DNA of 64,000 bases from the human T2T-CHM13v2.0 reference genome, Homo sapiens. Below, in pieces: positions 18,555 through 31,890 of the stretch. Numbering within the stretch: position 1 is the first letter of the stretch; each line of letters starts with the position of its first letter. The stretch is from NCBI RefSeq assembly GCF_009914755.1, contig NC_060934.1. One strand, 5' to 3'. The notes under the pieces are model-generated. The model had not been told where the DNA came from. It ran no database searches and saw nothing but the letters and a program-made list of their open reading frames with translations. Position numbers and translations under genes: made by a program.

Positions 18555-18742
18555 GGCAGTTCTCAAAATGAGGTCCCTGGATCAACAGCATCCATCTCCC
18601 TTGGGAGTTTGTTCAAAAAGCAAAATCTTGGGTCCCACCCCAAGCCTATGGAAAGACAATTTCTGGGGTTGGGGACCAGCCGTCTGTGTTTCAAAAAGTC
18701 CTCCAGGTTATCCTGAAGCATGTTAAGGATTGAGAGCCACTG
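18555..18742. mobile_element. MER5-like hAT MITE
   Basis: CAGTTCTCAAA...TGAGAGCCACTG terminal inverted repeats. Confidence 0.75.
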
Positions 18743-19674
18743 TATTGAATCATAGAGCTTTTCTTTGCTGTTTTACATTCCATCTTTTAGGGCAGCCACA
18801 AAACAAATCCAGGTGATCCTGATTCAATTTGGCATTTCCCTCCAGTCTCCAGAAATGACAAATAATTTCCTAGGATGAGTTACCTCTACAGAGGAATATC
18901 TCATCAATCCTGTACTGATTTTTACCCTTTTTTCTTTTAGAAGATGACTGATTTTTAATTTCTGAAATTATAGCCACATATACACTATTAAATCTTACAA
19001 AATTTAACTTTTTTAAGGTCTATTTCTTGATTCCCCAACTAACTGGCTATCTCTTTGTGGGCAGGGTCTATGTTTTGGTTTAGGTCACAGAAGCTAACGT
19101 AGTATAGAGCTCATATATAAGATATTTAAATATTAGATTGAATAACTATGGAAATTTAAAAAATTCTTTATCTAATTCTTTGCTTTCTTTTATACTCTTC
19201 AAAATTTATCATATACAATGTCTAAAATAGACATGCTAGAAAATTTATAAATAGTCTAAATAATAATTAAACAGAAAAAGACTGATACCTGAATTTTCCC
19301 CCCATATTATGAGATTTGTACCAAATTGTGGTAAAAAGCAGAAAATAAGAATCCCCAATTGTTCTACTGTCCAGATAAAAACTTGATATTTTGGTATGTT
19401 TCCTTCCAATCAATGTTTTATTACGTCTATATGTTTTTGTTAAGAAGCATATGTCTATGTTTTTGTTAAAAAGCAGAGACTATATGCTATAAAGTTTCAT
19501 TATGCTACTTTTGGACCGAACATTGTATCATGAGCATTCCCATACCATTGAATTTTTAAAAACATGGTTTTTAATGATGCCATGTTATTTGGTTGTGTGT
19601 ATAAACTATATTTTATTTAACTATTCCTCCATTTAGAACACTTGGGTTGTTTCCAATTTTTCATTTTTATCTCT

Positions 19675-19858
<184 letters not shown>

Positions 19859-19903
19859 TAAATAATGATTGTGATGAAATGGGATGCATGTTTTTTTAAA
19901 TGA

Positions 19904-20377
<474 letters not shown>

Positions 20378-20727
20378 TAATCAGGATTCAGTGCACATGT
20401 TTACATAAACGTAGAAATCAATGAAAGTCTAAAATGTAAGGGGAGGCTGTTAACTGTAGCTAGTAACTTCTCTGGTTTACACTGACAGTTTCCCAGGTAG
20501 CCAGCCGTTGTGTTCTCTGTAAACTTCCATTGCTGTTACTGTCATCTGTCTTAACCCTTCAGGTTTTTTTTGTGTCTAACAATCCCTAATCCCTAAATCA
20601 GGAAAATGCTAATAAATTATTATTTGCTCATTGATTAGTGAGGGAAACCCATATTCATGCAAGAGTGTTGCCATATTTAGTTCAAGGACATTTTCCTGTG
20701 TTGGCTTATTTCTGGCAAAAGTCAGGT

Positions 20728-21037
20728 ATATTTTATTTTATTTTGTTTTGTTTTTGAGACAAAGTCTTGCTCTATCACCCAGGCTGGACTGCAGTGGCAT
20801 GATCCCGGCTCACTGCAACCTCCATCTCCCGGATTCAAGCAATTCTCCTGTCTCAGCCTCCTGAGTAGCTAGGACTATAGGCACCTGCCACCACGCCTGG
20901 CTAATTTTTGTATTTTTAGTAGAGACGGGATTTCACCATGCTGGCCAGGCTGGTCTTGAACTCCTGACCTCAGGTGATCTGTCCACCTCGGCCTCCCAAA
21001 GTTCTGGGATTACAGGGGTGAGCCACCCCGTCTGGCC
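20728..21037 (-). mobile_element. Alu (AluSx-like)
   Basis: Full Alu. Confidence 0.95.
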
Positions 21038-21739
21038 TCAGATATCTTTTAGATGAAGTATCACCCCCCACAAAAGACTTTCTAAATTGAAATAATTCAA
21101 TTGTTCATTTTTTTGTTTTGTAAAGCATTTTACCCATTATCAGCTGACTCAACAAAATGATATTTCTTACCTTTTTTGAGTAAGAAAAACGAAATGTCAA
21201 ATATTGTTCAATTATGATTTCACAAAAACAATTTTTAAACGTGCTTCAATGACATGAAAAAAATAAGTCCACTGTAAACAAATGTTAGGGACTTAAAAAA
21301 TCTCTGACATAATTTTTCTCTTCAATTTAACTTTTTTTCCCTTGGGTTGGATTTAAAAAAAAAAAAGGAATTTCTGATTACATCTCCAATCATGTCACTG
21401 AAAAATCTTGATTGCTGAACACATGACCAAAAAATGATTAGTTAGCTTGAGGTAAATGTTCAATTATCACCAAGATTGGTAAGCAATCTAAAACAGAGGG
21501 AGTGAAGATAAATTGACTTCCAAACTGCTTTAAATGGTTGTAGTCGTTTAAGTTCACAGGAAATTTAACAGGCTAGTAATGAACAGACAGCCCTTTCACT
21601 CTATTGTTACAAGTTAGTATTATTGTTTAGATTTTTCTCATCCTTTTGCAAATTTTGCAAGCAAGTAACTTCAGAAACCCTAATGTAAATTTCCAGTTAA
21701 TAAAGATCTTGATTTAACTGGCATTATTGAGGTGTTCTT

Positions 21740-22320
21740 CGAGAGGCTTTTGGAACTCAACTAGCAGGTGCAGAGAGTACTACAAAGACCCGGGTTTCCG
21801 TCCACGTTCACGTAAACCTCCCTACGAGGGGAAACTACAGGCGCGCTGCCGGAGGGCGCCGCCAGTGGGCACTCACGCACAGCTGCTTTGGCCACCACAG
21901 GCGCCCCGGGCCACTCTCTTCCCTCATCTCTCTCATCCCAGCTTCCGCCGGAAGCGGCTCCTGTCAGTTGTTCTCAGGTGTTTGGGCTTGTTGTTCCGTA
22001 TACTCAGTGGGTTCGCGGCCGCCGGCCCAGTGAGGCTGGGTTCGAGGAGCTGGAGCGGGAAACTGGAGCTTAAATTCTGGCGGCGAGATGGACATTCTGA
22101 AATCAGAGATCCTTCGGAAGCGGCAGCTGGTGGAGGACAGGAACCTGCTGGTGGTGAGGACCCTGCGGTCGTGGGGGTCGGGATGTAAGAGTGAGAGTAT
22201 GTGTGTCGGGGTTTTGGGGTGAGGGTGACGATACTCAGAGGATTCGGGGCGGGGACGGGGCTTAGCGAGTGTCCTGCCACTACCCCTGGTAGGCCCCCTT
22301 AGATCCAACCCTTGGCGTCT
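21740..22320 (+). promoter_or_regulatory. PRPF18: PRPF18 CpG-island promoter with no obvious TATA box, and 5'UTR
   Basis: Sharp rise in GC and CpG. Paired ETS cores GCTTCCGCCGGAAGC at 21941-21955, ACTACA motifs near 21779 and 21834, and a GC box near 22245. No ATG between 21961 and the start codon. TSS inferred at about 21950-21970. Confidence 0.85.
22088..22153 (+). CDS. PRPF18: PRPF18 coding exon 1 (MDILKSEILRKRQLVEDRNLLV)
   Basis: Strong Kozak context GAG-ATG-G, donor GTG|gtgagg, 66 nt. Matches the recalled PRPF18 N-terminus. Confidence 0.97.
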
Positions 22321-22326
22321 CACTGT

Positions 22327-22917
22327 TGAGGCTGGAGAATAGGGTCTGAGAGCAGGGAACTTGAGTACAATTCGTGCTGACTTCCCAAAGCTGGATCAAA
22401 AGGAAAACACCTGGGTCTGGGGGCGGGAACCTGAGGCCAATTAACGCCCACGTCCAAAAGCCAAACCAAAAGAAAAATCCTCATCTTCCCACCACCGAGT
22501 AGCAAAGGCTTCAGGCTGCGGCTCTCCCCGCATCCCTGCCTTTCCACCACCTCTCAGATGGGAAGGGAACGTGCCCTGCATTGGCCGTGGGCCAATCACG
22601 GGCCATCCCTTCATCTGCATAGGGCGCCAGTTCACCTCAGTCTTTAGCCACAGACCGAACCCTTCATCCAGATACGGGGTAGCTGATAGGGACCTCAGAA
22701 GGAGTACCTAAAACCCGGAAAACTTTGTAACCGGGGCCTCGAGCCGCTTGCTCGGGCCCACTCACACCCTGTGGAGTGCTTTCTCGCGTTCATAAGTCCC
22801 TACTTTTGCTGCTTCATTCCTGTGTTTTGTTACTTTTTTTGTGCGTTTTGTCCAATTCTTTGTTCAAAACGCCAAGGACCCGGGCAACTTACACTCACGG
22901 CCTTCTTTCCGGTAACC
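22327..22917 (+). mobile_element. ERV1 solo LTR, MER51-like
   Basis: TGAGGCTGGAGAATAGGGTCTG start and TTTGTCCAATTCTTTGTTCAAAACGCCAAG...CCGGTAAC end match my recollection of MER51. Internal duplication of about 70 bp and several CCAAT boxes. Confidence 0.8.
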
Positions 22918-23131
22918 ACTTGGGAGCCTTAGGGATGCAGGTGTGGGAATTGCAGGAAAACCCGAGGCTTTGTTTGTTTTCCCCCGACTGACCCTGTTTC
23001 CCTCCAGTTTACCTAACTGCCCCCTATCCCCGCTCCTACCTGTTGGCATTCTGCGGACGTGCCCCAGTGCTCCTGAGAGTTCCCTTCTGTCGCCTTACGA
23101 AGGGTTTGTGCCCAACTGAAACATGGAGGAA

Positions 23132-23595
23132 GGGCCGCCGGGCGCGGTGGCTCACACCTGTAATCCCCACACTTTGGTGGGCAGATCACCTGAGGTCAGG
23201 AGTTCGAGACCAGCCTGGCAAACATGGTGAAACCCCGTCTCTACTAAAAACACCAAAATTAGCTGGGCGTGGTGGTGCGCGCCTGTAATCCCAGCTACTC
23301 AGGAGGCTGAGGCCAGAGAATCACTTGAACCCGGGAGGCGGAGGTTGCCGTGAGCCGACATCGCACCACTGCACTCCTGCCTGGGCGACAGAGTGAGACA
23401 CCGTCTCAAAAAAAAAAAAAAATTCCTTCTAGCCAGGTGTGGTGGTGCGCGCGTCTAGTCCCGGCTGCTTGGGAGACCAAGGCGGGAGGATCGCTTGAGC
23501 CCAGGAGTTCAGGCTGCAGTGAGCTATCATCGTGCCACTGCACTCCAGCCTGGGTGAGAGACCGAGTCCCTGTCTCTAAAAAAAAAAAAAAAAAA
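23132..23595 (+). mobile_element. Full Alu (23132-23422) followed by an Alu right monomer (23431-23595)
   Basis: Two A-tailed Alu units, relatively CpG-rich near the island. Confidence 0.93.
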
Positions 23596-23817
23596 GTAAT
23601 AAAATTCCTTTCTAATAGTAAATCCCAATTTTTTAAATTCTATTCCTCCTCCTTCTCTCTTCTTCAACACATGAAAAGTCTGTAGGCCTGCTCTTCACTG
23701 ATGGGAATGCTAAGACTCTTTTGGAAAGGTACTAAAAAGGGGGAGAAAGAATTACATGATTTAGGAACTTCCTGAAGATGATCTCCCTTACTTTATTGTG
23801 TAGCAGTAACTTAGACC

Positions 23818-24690
23818 GCTGGTTCTCAAAGCTTTTGGTCTCAGGACCCCTTCACACTCTTAAAAGTTACTGAAGATCTTGAAGGACTTTTGTTTATGTG
23901 TTATTTCTATCCGTATTTACCATATTAGAAGTTAAAACTGAGAAACGTTAAAAATACTCACTGATCGATCATTTGGAAAACATTGGGTTACTGAATTATG
24001 CAGGTCTCCCACCTGTTGACACATTTCATTACAAAATATGAAAAGATCACTTCATTTAATATCCACTGATCTGAGAAACATCTGTAAGCATTAGGAAACT
24101 GTCAGGCTCCTGATGACAGATCTAAGTTCACCACACTTAATTTCCACTTGGAAGCTGGAATTTTATCATAGGCAACAAATATTATCAGTTATTTTCTTGA
24201 AGTGATCTGCTCACTTTGTTCAGTTTGGGGAAGTTGTCTGCCAAATACCCAAGTCTGAAGAACCATGGTTTGCCGGGTGTTCTTAAGTGTAAAAATGGTA
24301 TTCCGTGAAAAAGCCAGTTTAGCTTGCAACTCAATTACTTTCCTCCACACAACCAGCAAACTTTAGTATAAATGAGAATTGTTGTATGCATCTTTCCTGT
24401 TTTGTCACATAATATTAAAAAGATATGGCCAAAGATCAAGACTTAATAAAAATAGTAATTTTACTCCTTTATCATAAGGAGTAAATTTGTTTAGAGAAAC
24501 TGGCTCCCTCTGGCTGCAGTGGCAGTTTAGAGTCACTGCCTTGGTTCTTGCTAAGGCTTTAGCAAATTTACCATTGCTTTTCACCTACAGTGCAGATGTC
24601 ATCAGAGTGAGCAGGCAGATAATGCCTTACTGTAGAAAACACTTTTGACCTCATGAGTCCTCTCAGAGGGTCTACAGGACCCATGGAAAT
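23818..24690 (-). mobile_element. Charlie1-family DNA transposon
   Basis: GGTTCTCAAAGCTTTTGGTCTCAGGACCCCTT is the reverse complement of the terminus at about 13975-14002. Confidence 0.7.
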
Positions 24691-25325
24691 CCGTGCATCA
24701 CAGAATATCTGACTTAGATATTTGGATGTTGTGTACGATTGATGTATGTGATGTAGTGTAAGTAAGTTAGAGTTCTTAGCTTGGTAAATGGCAAATTTCA
24801 TGATCATTGAAACTTTAAAAACAATTAGAAAAGTGGAGGTAATAGAATGCTGTTTGGTAGGTATGGGGAAAAGCTTGTTCATATTTGTAAATGTTTTTAT
24901 GTCTACTGCAGGGACCTTTTGATGAGTGGTTGGGAGTATTTTAAATTTAGGTGTTGGAGTGCATAGTGGATGTTAGGAAGGGCCAGGGTGTTGAAATCTA
25001 AGTGCTTTAAAGGGAAAAGTGAATCACAAAATATTCAGCCCACCCTCAAGGTTCACAACATGAATATTTGCATAATCATGTTCTTCGTCATTGAAATGCA
25101 CCAATCTACAAAAATGATCATTAAAAAAAAAAACTTTAGATTCTTCAGGGTCATTTATAATTTATAATATATAAACTTTTCCTGGGTGTCTTTCATTTTT
25201 TAATTTGGTAGTTGATTGAATTATCACATAATTCCAGCCAGAAGATAAGATTGATTTTTTCAATCACAGAGCAGTTCAGACCAACAAAGGGCGTACATGA
25301 AATGGGAATTAAAATACTGACATTC

Positions 25326-25649
<324 letters not shown>

Positions 25650-25850
25650 TCATAGTTTATATTAGCAGTAATGTTAGGCATCATGCAATATGTGTTTTCT
25701 AACTTGTACAACAAGTTGCCATTGTTCCCATTTACAGATGAGGAAACTGGAAGCTAAGAGAAGTTACATGACTATAGGATTATGCAGCTAGCAAGAGATA
25801 GAGCCTGGATTTGAACCCTGGTCTGTTCCTACTTCAGAGCCTGATCTGTT
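25650..25850 (-). mobile_element. MIR
   Basis: CCCATTTACAGATGAGGAAACTG...GGATTTGAACCC. Confidence 0.8.
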
Positions 25851-26416
25851 AACCTGTACAGATAGAATGGATATTTATTCACCTTACAAACATAGAACTA
25901 GTTTTGATAGGGCTAATGTAACAAAGCACTGGAAAATTATTAGACTAACATGATTTATATTTTTCAAAGTGCTATATGCTATCTGATTTGAGCTTTACAA
26001 CGGTTAATTAGTGCACAAGGCAATGCTGTTTTCATGGATGATGAAATTGAGGCTTAGAGGGTTACACGATGTTCTCATATTCCTGTGGCCAGCCGGGATA
26101 GATCTCAAGTCTTAGACCAACTTGAGGGTGAGTGCTCTTGCATGATGTAAGGGAACATACACAACTAGGCGTCTTTTCTGTTGTATCCATGGGAAGACAG
26201 TCTTTAGATCTGCAGCTCTATCATTTCATGCAGAATAGTTGCTTTATATTTTTCATCTTTCTGCATCACAGTGTCTGTCAGTAACTTACAGACTTTTTCA
26301 CTGCCCCGTTCATAGCAATACATTTTTATATATTGATCTGATATGTATGTGAAAAAAGTTTTATGAAATAATTCTTACAACCACAAATGATTTTATCATG
26401 TTTTATTCAGTCCTCC

Positions 26417-27344
26417 TTTTTTGTTATCAGTTATTTAATTAGGTTCTTCTTAAGAAATGTAGAACACCAATTTGTGAGGATAAATTCCATGAGTCGGGGC
26501 AAACACAGATCGCAGGTAGTCCTGGAGCTTAGGAATAGCTTTGATTTTTGGTAAAATTTGTGACTCCACAGCTTTCTGATCAATCTTGTGCTGCTCTGTA
26601 ATCTTGTATTTATCTTTTTCTGTGCTGAAGATCTCAGCTTCCTGGTGTCTGGGCTTCTGCAGCTGCTGCTGCTTGAATAAGCATCAGTGGGATGTTTTGG
26701 GATTTTTACATCGCTGATAACAATTTTGGTTGAGGTGGCAATGACAGATTTCTGGTGTTTTCTTCATAGAGGAACTCGATTGAGGACCAGAGGTCCAGTC
26801 ACAAGTAACAAGCCACTAGCCAGGTGCTTCAGGAAGGCCGCCCTCTTGCCTCTGTGGAATCCAGTGAGGATGATCAGAACGTTCCCCGGGGTAATGCTGG
26901 TTCGCAGTTTTCTCACGTGTCAACTGAGGGGTTTTTTTTTTTTTTGCCATGGCTCAACAGCTTTTGAGGCACATCTTCAGTAGGAAAATATCTAGGCATT
27001 TTATGAAGTTTAACCACCTGGGTACTACCATTCTTGTCACCACCAACTGGTTTTGTAACAGTTGCAAGAACCTTCTTTTTCTTTTCAACCTCGTACTTAG
27101 CGGCTGAGTACTTCCTCTTATACACAGCTTTTCTGGAATACATAGCACATCGGGAATACCTGCCAATTCCTCTGACAAGGACAGGGTTGTGCTGCAATGG
27201 GGCTTCCCCTTCTTGGGCTTCTTAGCCTTGAGGTGACCCTTTTTCACCTTGTCACCAGCCTCAGCCTTCTTGGCTTTGGGTTTCTTCTCTTTAGTATCCG
27301 GCTTCTCAACTTTTTCACCCACCATCTTACAAGATGGGGAAGAG
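26417..27344 (-). pseudogene. RPL6 (60S ribosomal protein eL6) processed pseudogene, antisense in PRPF18 intron 1
   Basis: Minus-strand ORFs [16 protein letters not shown]..., [13 protein letters not shown]...[12 protein letters not shown] and a C-terminal YPHKLVF match RPL6. It is intronless and frameshifted, with the stop mutated to TAC. ATTAAA at 26434-26439, residual A-tail at 26417-26422, 5' TOP-like CTCTTCCCCATCTTG. Confidence 0.96.
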
Positions 27345-27869
27345 CAAGTCCCTTTGTTTTAATTTTTTAGAAAACACGGGTCAGGGATCAGTAGATTGTT
27401 GTCATTACCGCATCTGTAGCTGGAAAACAGTTGTCTGTGTGGTGTTGCTCTTGCAGAAAGAAGAGCCACCTCATCTTTGGTCATTTCAAGTGGTGTCCCA
27501 GCTTTTTGTGGTTAATCTGTGATAGTTGAAATAATCAGTACTTAGCTTGTGAGTGCCTCTTTCTCAAATTGCAGAGAAGTGACTAAGATATCCTCTTACC
27601 ACCTGTCCTAAAGTGCCCTGCCTGGTGTAACCACCCTGAGGTAAATGTGTCTGCATTGCTAGAACACCAGTGTTTTGGAGCCTAGAATTGGTGAGTTTTC
27701 ATTTAATGCAAAACCTCGTGTGGAAAACCAGGCTGCTCTAGAAACTCAATGGGGAGTAATTAGTAGTTTTACTAGTTGTAGTTATGAGGATGAGCTATGT
27801 GCAGAATTTTAGCTTTTTTTCCTTCCAGTATTTACTGCATCTTTCCTATATGCAAGATACTATGCTGTG

Positions 27870-28110
27870 CTGCAGTAACAATGCTACAATAATCAAAACA
27901 GCATAGCGCTGGCATAAAGAGCAACAGCTAACACCACTAGAGTATAACAGAGCACCCAGAACGGAGCCACCCTTACACAATTATTGATTTTTGACAAATA
28001 CACTAAAACCAAATGGAAGGAAAGATATTTTCAGTAAATGATGCTGAACAACTGGATATCCATACGGAAATAATAAGCAACAACCCCTACCCCACATTAT
28101 ACAAAACATT
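27870..28110 (+). mobile_element. Old L1 ORF2 fragment
   Basis: GCTACAATAATCAAAACAGCATAGCGCTGGCATAAA...TTGATTTTTGACAAA. Confidence 0.7.
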
Positions 28111-29034
28111 CTGAAATGAAGGACCAATGGAAGGAATGGCAGGAACCAACATGGGAGACATTGGAAAATAAAATTAGTAAGGAAAACTGTATACTAGTTC
28201 TAATACATTGGAAAATCTAAGTGAAGTAAATGGCTAAAAAGTACAAAAAAATACAAGAAATAGAAAATCTAAGCAAACCAGTAAGTGAGGAAGACATAAG
28301 AAGAATCTGTCAGCTAAGAGGAGAAAGTTACTGAAGGAAGGAAGGAATGAGCAGTTAAATCGAAGACTGGATGAGATCAGTCAGAGAAGTCTCTTTGGAT
28401 TTGTATCTTAGACATTATTTATGACCCCAAGGAGGTTTTTTCAGTGAAACAGAATGGATGTCCACATGCTGTGGGGCTGCAAAGAGAATTGGGGGTAAGG
28501 AAGTGGACACGGATTAGATTAAACAGTTTAATGTGGTTCTGCTGTAAATGATACCCAGGGCAGAGTCTTGAGCATACTTAAATGATAATTGTCAAGAGCC
28601 AGTAGAGAGGGGAAGGATGAATATGCGAAGGAGAAAACAGCATTGATGGTGAGAAGTCCCTGAGGAATTGAGGTCTGGAGTAATTGGCAAGGGATTTGCC
28701 CTAGACAGACAGAGGAGGGTTCTCTGTTTCACTGTGAAATGAAAGGACCAATGAAGATCCAGCTCATGACTGGAGTTGGGAGGAATTTGGAGGAGTTCCT
28801 GACTGGTTGCTTCCATAAAATGAGATGGTTTAGTCATCTGCTGAAAATGAGGGGAGAATGAAAGGATGGGAAGTTCGTGAGAATGGAGACAGTGGAATGG
28901 TCAGTGTAGACAATAGGAAAGAAAATGAAATGGGTAAATACCCCAGGACCAATAGGCAATGTTGAGGCCCCAGTGGTTTTTGCCAGCATTGTTTTGCGCA
29001 TGCTATAGGCATGGAGAACGCCAAGTGGACTTAA

Positions 29035-30290
29035 ACTTACTGGTCTCAGGTCTCATTCTCAATTATTGATAGACCCAGAGAGCTTTTATTTACATAGGAC
29101 ACATTTATTGATAATTACCATATTAGAAATTAAAGCCAGGAAATTACAAAATGTATATTCCATGTAGAAATGCAATAATAAACCCATAGTATGCTAACAG
29201 ATATTTTTATGAAAAGACTATATTTGCGAAAACAAACACTTCAGTGAGAAAAGTGACATTGTTTTAGAAACCTCTGGCATAGTAGTTGGATTCTATTTCT
29301 CTTTCCAGTCTGTTGCTGTATGTTGTTTTCAAGTACACGAAGAAAATTCATCCACAGATAAGTAGTTAGAAAAAGGAGTATCTTAATAGCCTTTTCAGAT
29401 AATTGTGGATATTCTTCTTGATACTACACCAAAACTAGACAATTGGTTTCTTAAAGATCAGTTGCAGTGTGGATTCTGAAATCATTTCAATGAACTTTTC
29501 ATACATTAAAGCCTGTTCTATTTTGCTCTTTGAATGGATCTTTTTACCTAGATGTGATTTTGTAACATCTTGATTTTGTAATGTCATGGTTCAGTGAATT
29601 ATGCAGATCTTCTTAATGTTGACATTTTTGATTAGATAATATTAAAAAATCTCATTAATATCACCACTGATTTCATTGGAAAAGGCTTCAAGTATTGGGA
29701 AGCTATTAAGCTCCTGGTGGTGGGTACAAGTTTTCCACTTTTCCAGTTCTCACTTGACAGCTGGAATTTTATCATCGGTGGTAAATACTATCATTGTTTT
29801 CTTTTAGCTTTAAGCTTGTTTTGTTCAGTTCTGAGAAAATGTCTACCAAACACCCAAATCTGACTAATCAAACAATTGCACAAGTGCTTTTCTTTGAGGA
29901 AACCATTCTACTTTAGTATGTAACAAAAGTGCTTTATACATTTTATTTTTTCATGCTGATTATTAAAAGGCTGTGTACTCAAAGGTTGAGATTTAGGAAA
30001 ATTATGCTAATTATACTTCGTCAAGGACATTCTTAAGAGAAACTAGACTTTTTATTTTTTTGTAAGTGCATGTTGGTGAAGAATACAGTTTGAAGGCCTT
30101 GCCTTTATTTTTGCTGATGCCAGTAGTCCCCCTTCCCAAATCCTCCCCCCATGTTGCTTTTGGACTGTCAGTGCAAATCTGAGCACAATGAAAACGGGGC
30201 ACATAATGTCTTAGTATATCATGAAAATAAATTTGACCTTGCAAAACCTCTGAAAGAGCCTCTGTGGACCACATTTTGAGATGTTCTAGG
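29035..30290 (-). mobile_element. Charlie1-family DNA transposon
   Basis: Collinear similarity to 23818-24690 (TGGTCTCAGG, TTACCATATTAGAA, GCTGGAATTTTATCAT). Confidence 0.7.
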
Positions 30291-31764
30291 CTTGAGATTT
30301 TGTTAGGTGTGTTCAATGGAATTGAGACATGGTCATCAAAGATAACATAGTTAAAAAGATTGGACCATGGCCTCCGGCCTGGAGAGTGTTTTTTCCTTTC
30401 TTTCTACACATCAGCCCTTTCTGAGAGGATACCAATGTGTGTTTGCCAACTTATTTGAAATATGACAATTATATACTACCTAGTCAAAAACAATTTTAGA
30501 TGCCGAAATAATATTTTGGGAGTGAAGAACTGTAGCTTGGAAGACTAGATCAGAACAAAGGGTTTAAGGACCAGAGTTCTAGTTGCTACTCATCATTCTT
30601 CCTGAGTTCTGGGAATGTCACCTAACCTAATTCTCAGCGTTCTCATCTCTAAAAAGGGGTTAATACTATTTGCCCCCACCGTACTCAGGGTAGTTTTGAT
30701 GTTCAGATGATACCATCGGTTCCTTACCCCAGATAACATCTTCATCTTTATTTCCGTAAAACTGTGCTTGTTGTGTGGTAGATAAGTCTGGAAATGTTTA
30801 TTGAATTAAGGAATGAACTTTTAGAAAAACCTTATTCTGAAAGTTTTAAACATAATACAAAAATAGATAAAATTTTATGATGAGCCCCTGTATATCCTTC
30901 CCCTGAAACATGCAGCTCTAGAAAATGACATGTTCCTTTAAAACCAAAATATGATCACACCCAACAAAATTAAAATTAGTTTGTTAATTTTATCAGATAC
31001 TCTTCTCACATTCGTATATTTTCCAACTGAATTAAAATATGTACATACATTTGCTTTTACAGTTGGTTTTTCAAGTCAGGTCAACACGAAGTTCAATCCT
31101 TGCATTTGCTTATTATGAATCTTGGTTTCTTTTAATGAAGAACGTTGTCATTTTCTCAACTTGGCTGATTTTTTCCATGCCATTGACTTGCTGGAGAAAC
31201 TGGGGCTAGTTTTGTAAAATGTCTTTGATTTGTGTAATTGCTTCCTGGCATATTGACACTTAGTTAATTCCTCTCTTCCCTACATTTAACAAGGATACTT
31301 CGTAGACGATGGCTGGGTAATTCCTGTAGTATAACATAGGTGGTACATAATCTTTTACTGATGTCAAGCTTGATCATTGGGTTCAAATGGTGGCAGGCTC
31401 ATCTTTCCATTGTCACCATTGGCCTTTTTCATAAGGTTTTAGCATCCATTGATGATCATTGTCTGAGTGAATGAGCTTTGGAACTATGAGGTGCTAAATA
31501 CTTGTGTGGAGGTAGTACACAGGTAATATTATATCATTACTGTTAATACAGTCGGGGACAGTGTCTTTATTTGAACAAAGCCATCTTTGGAATAATATCC
31601 AAGAGGCAGAGCTGCGATGGCAACAAGCCTCCAAATTACGGACTGTAGATGTAACAATAAGGATAATTTTATGTATAATGTGGAAAGGACTGACATCTTT
31701 TTAGCCACAGACAAGATTTAGAGCTTGTCTCTTTACATCAAATCATATCACAACAAATACCTTG

Positions 31765-31890
31765 TGAGAGGATCATTTGAACCCAGGGAGTCGAAGTTGT
31801 GGCCTTGATTGTGCCACTCCACTCCAGCCCGCGTGACAGAGAGATACCCTGTCTCCAAAACAAACAGAAAACCAGAAAAACGCACAAAAA
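31765..31890 (+). mobile_element. Alu right-arm fragment
   Basis: GAGGATCATTTGAACCCAGG...CACTCCAGCC followed by an A-rich tail. Confidence 0.75.

Noticed and set aside
21727-22188. 153-aa + strand ORF across the promoter, and overlapping minus-strand ORFs
   Set aside because: It starts at TTG upstream of the inferred TSS and is out of frame with the PRPF18 ATG. Long open frames are expected in GC-rich islands.
26913-27325. Lys-rich ORFs as a possible functional retrogene
   Set aside because: RPL6 homology is split across frames by frameshifts and the stop codon is lost, so it is a pseudogene.
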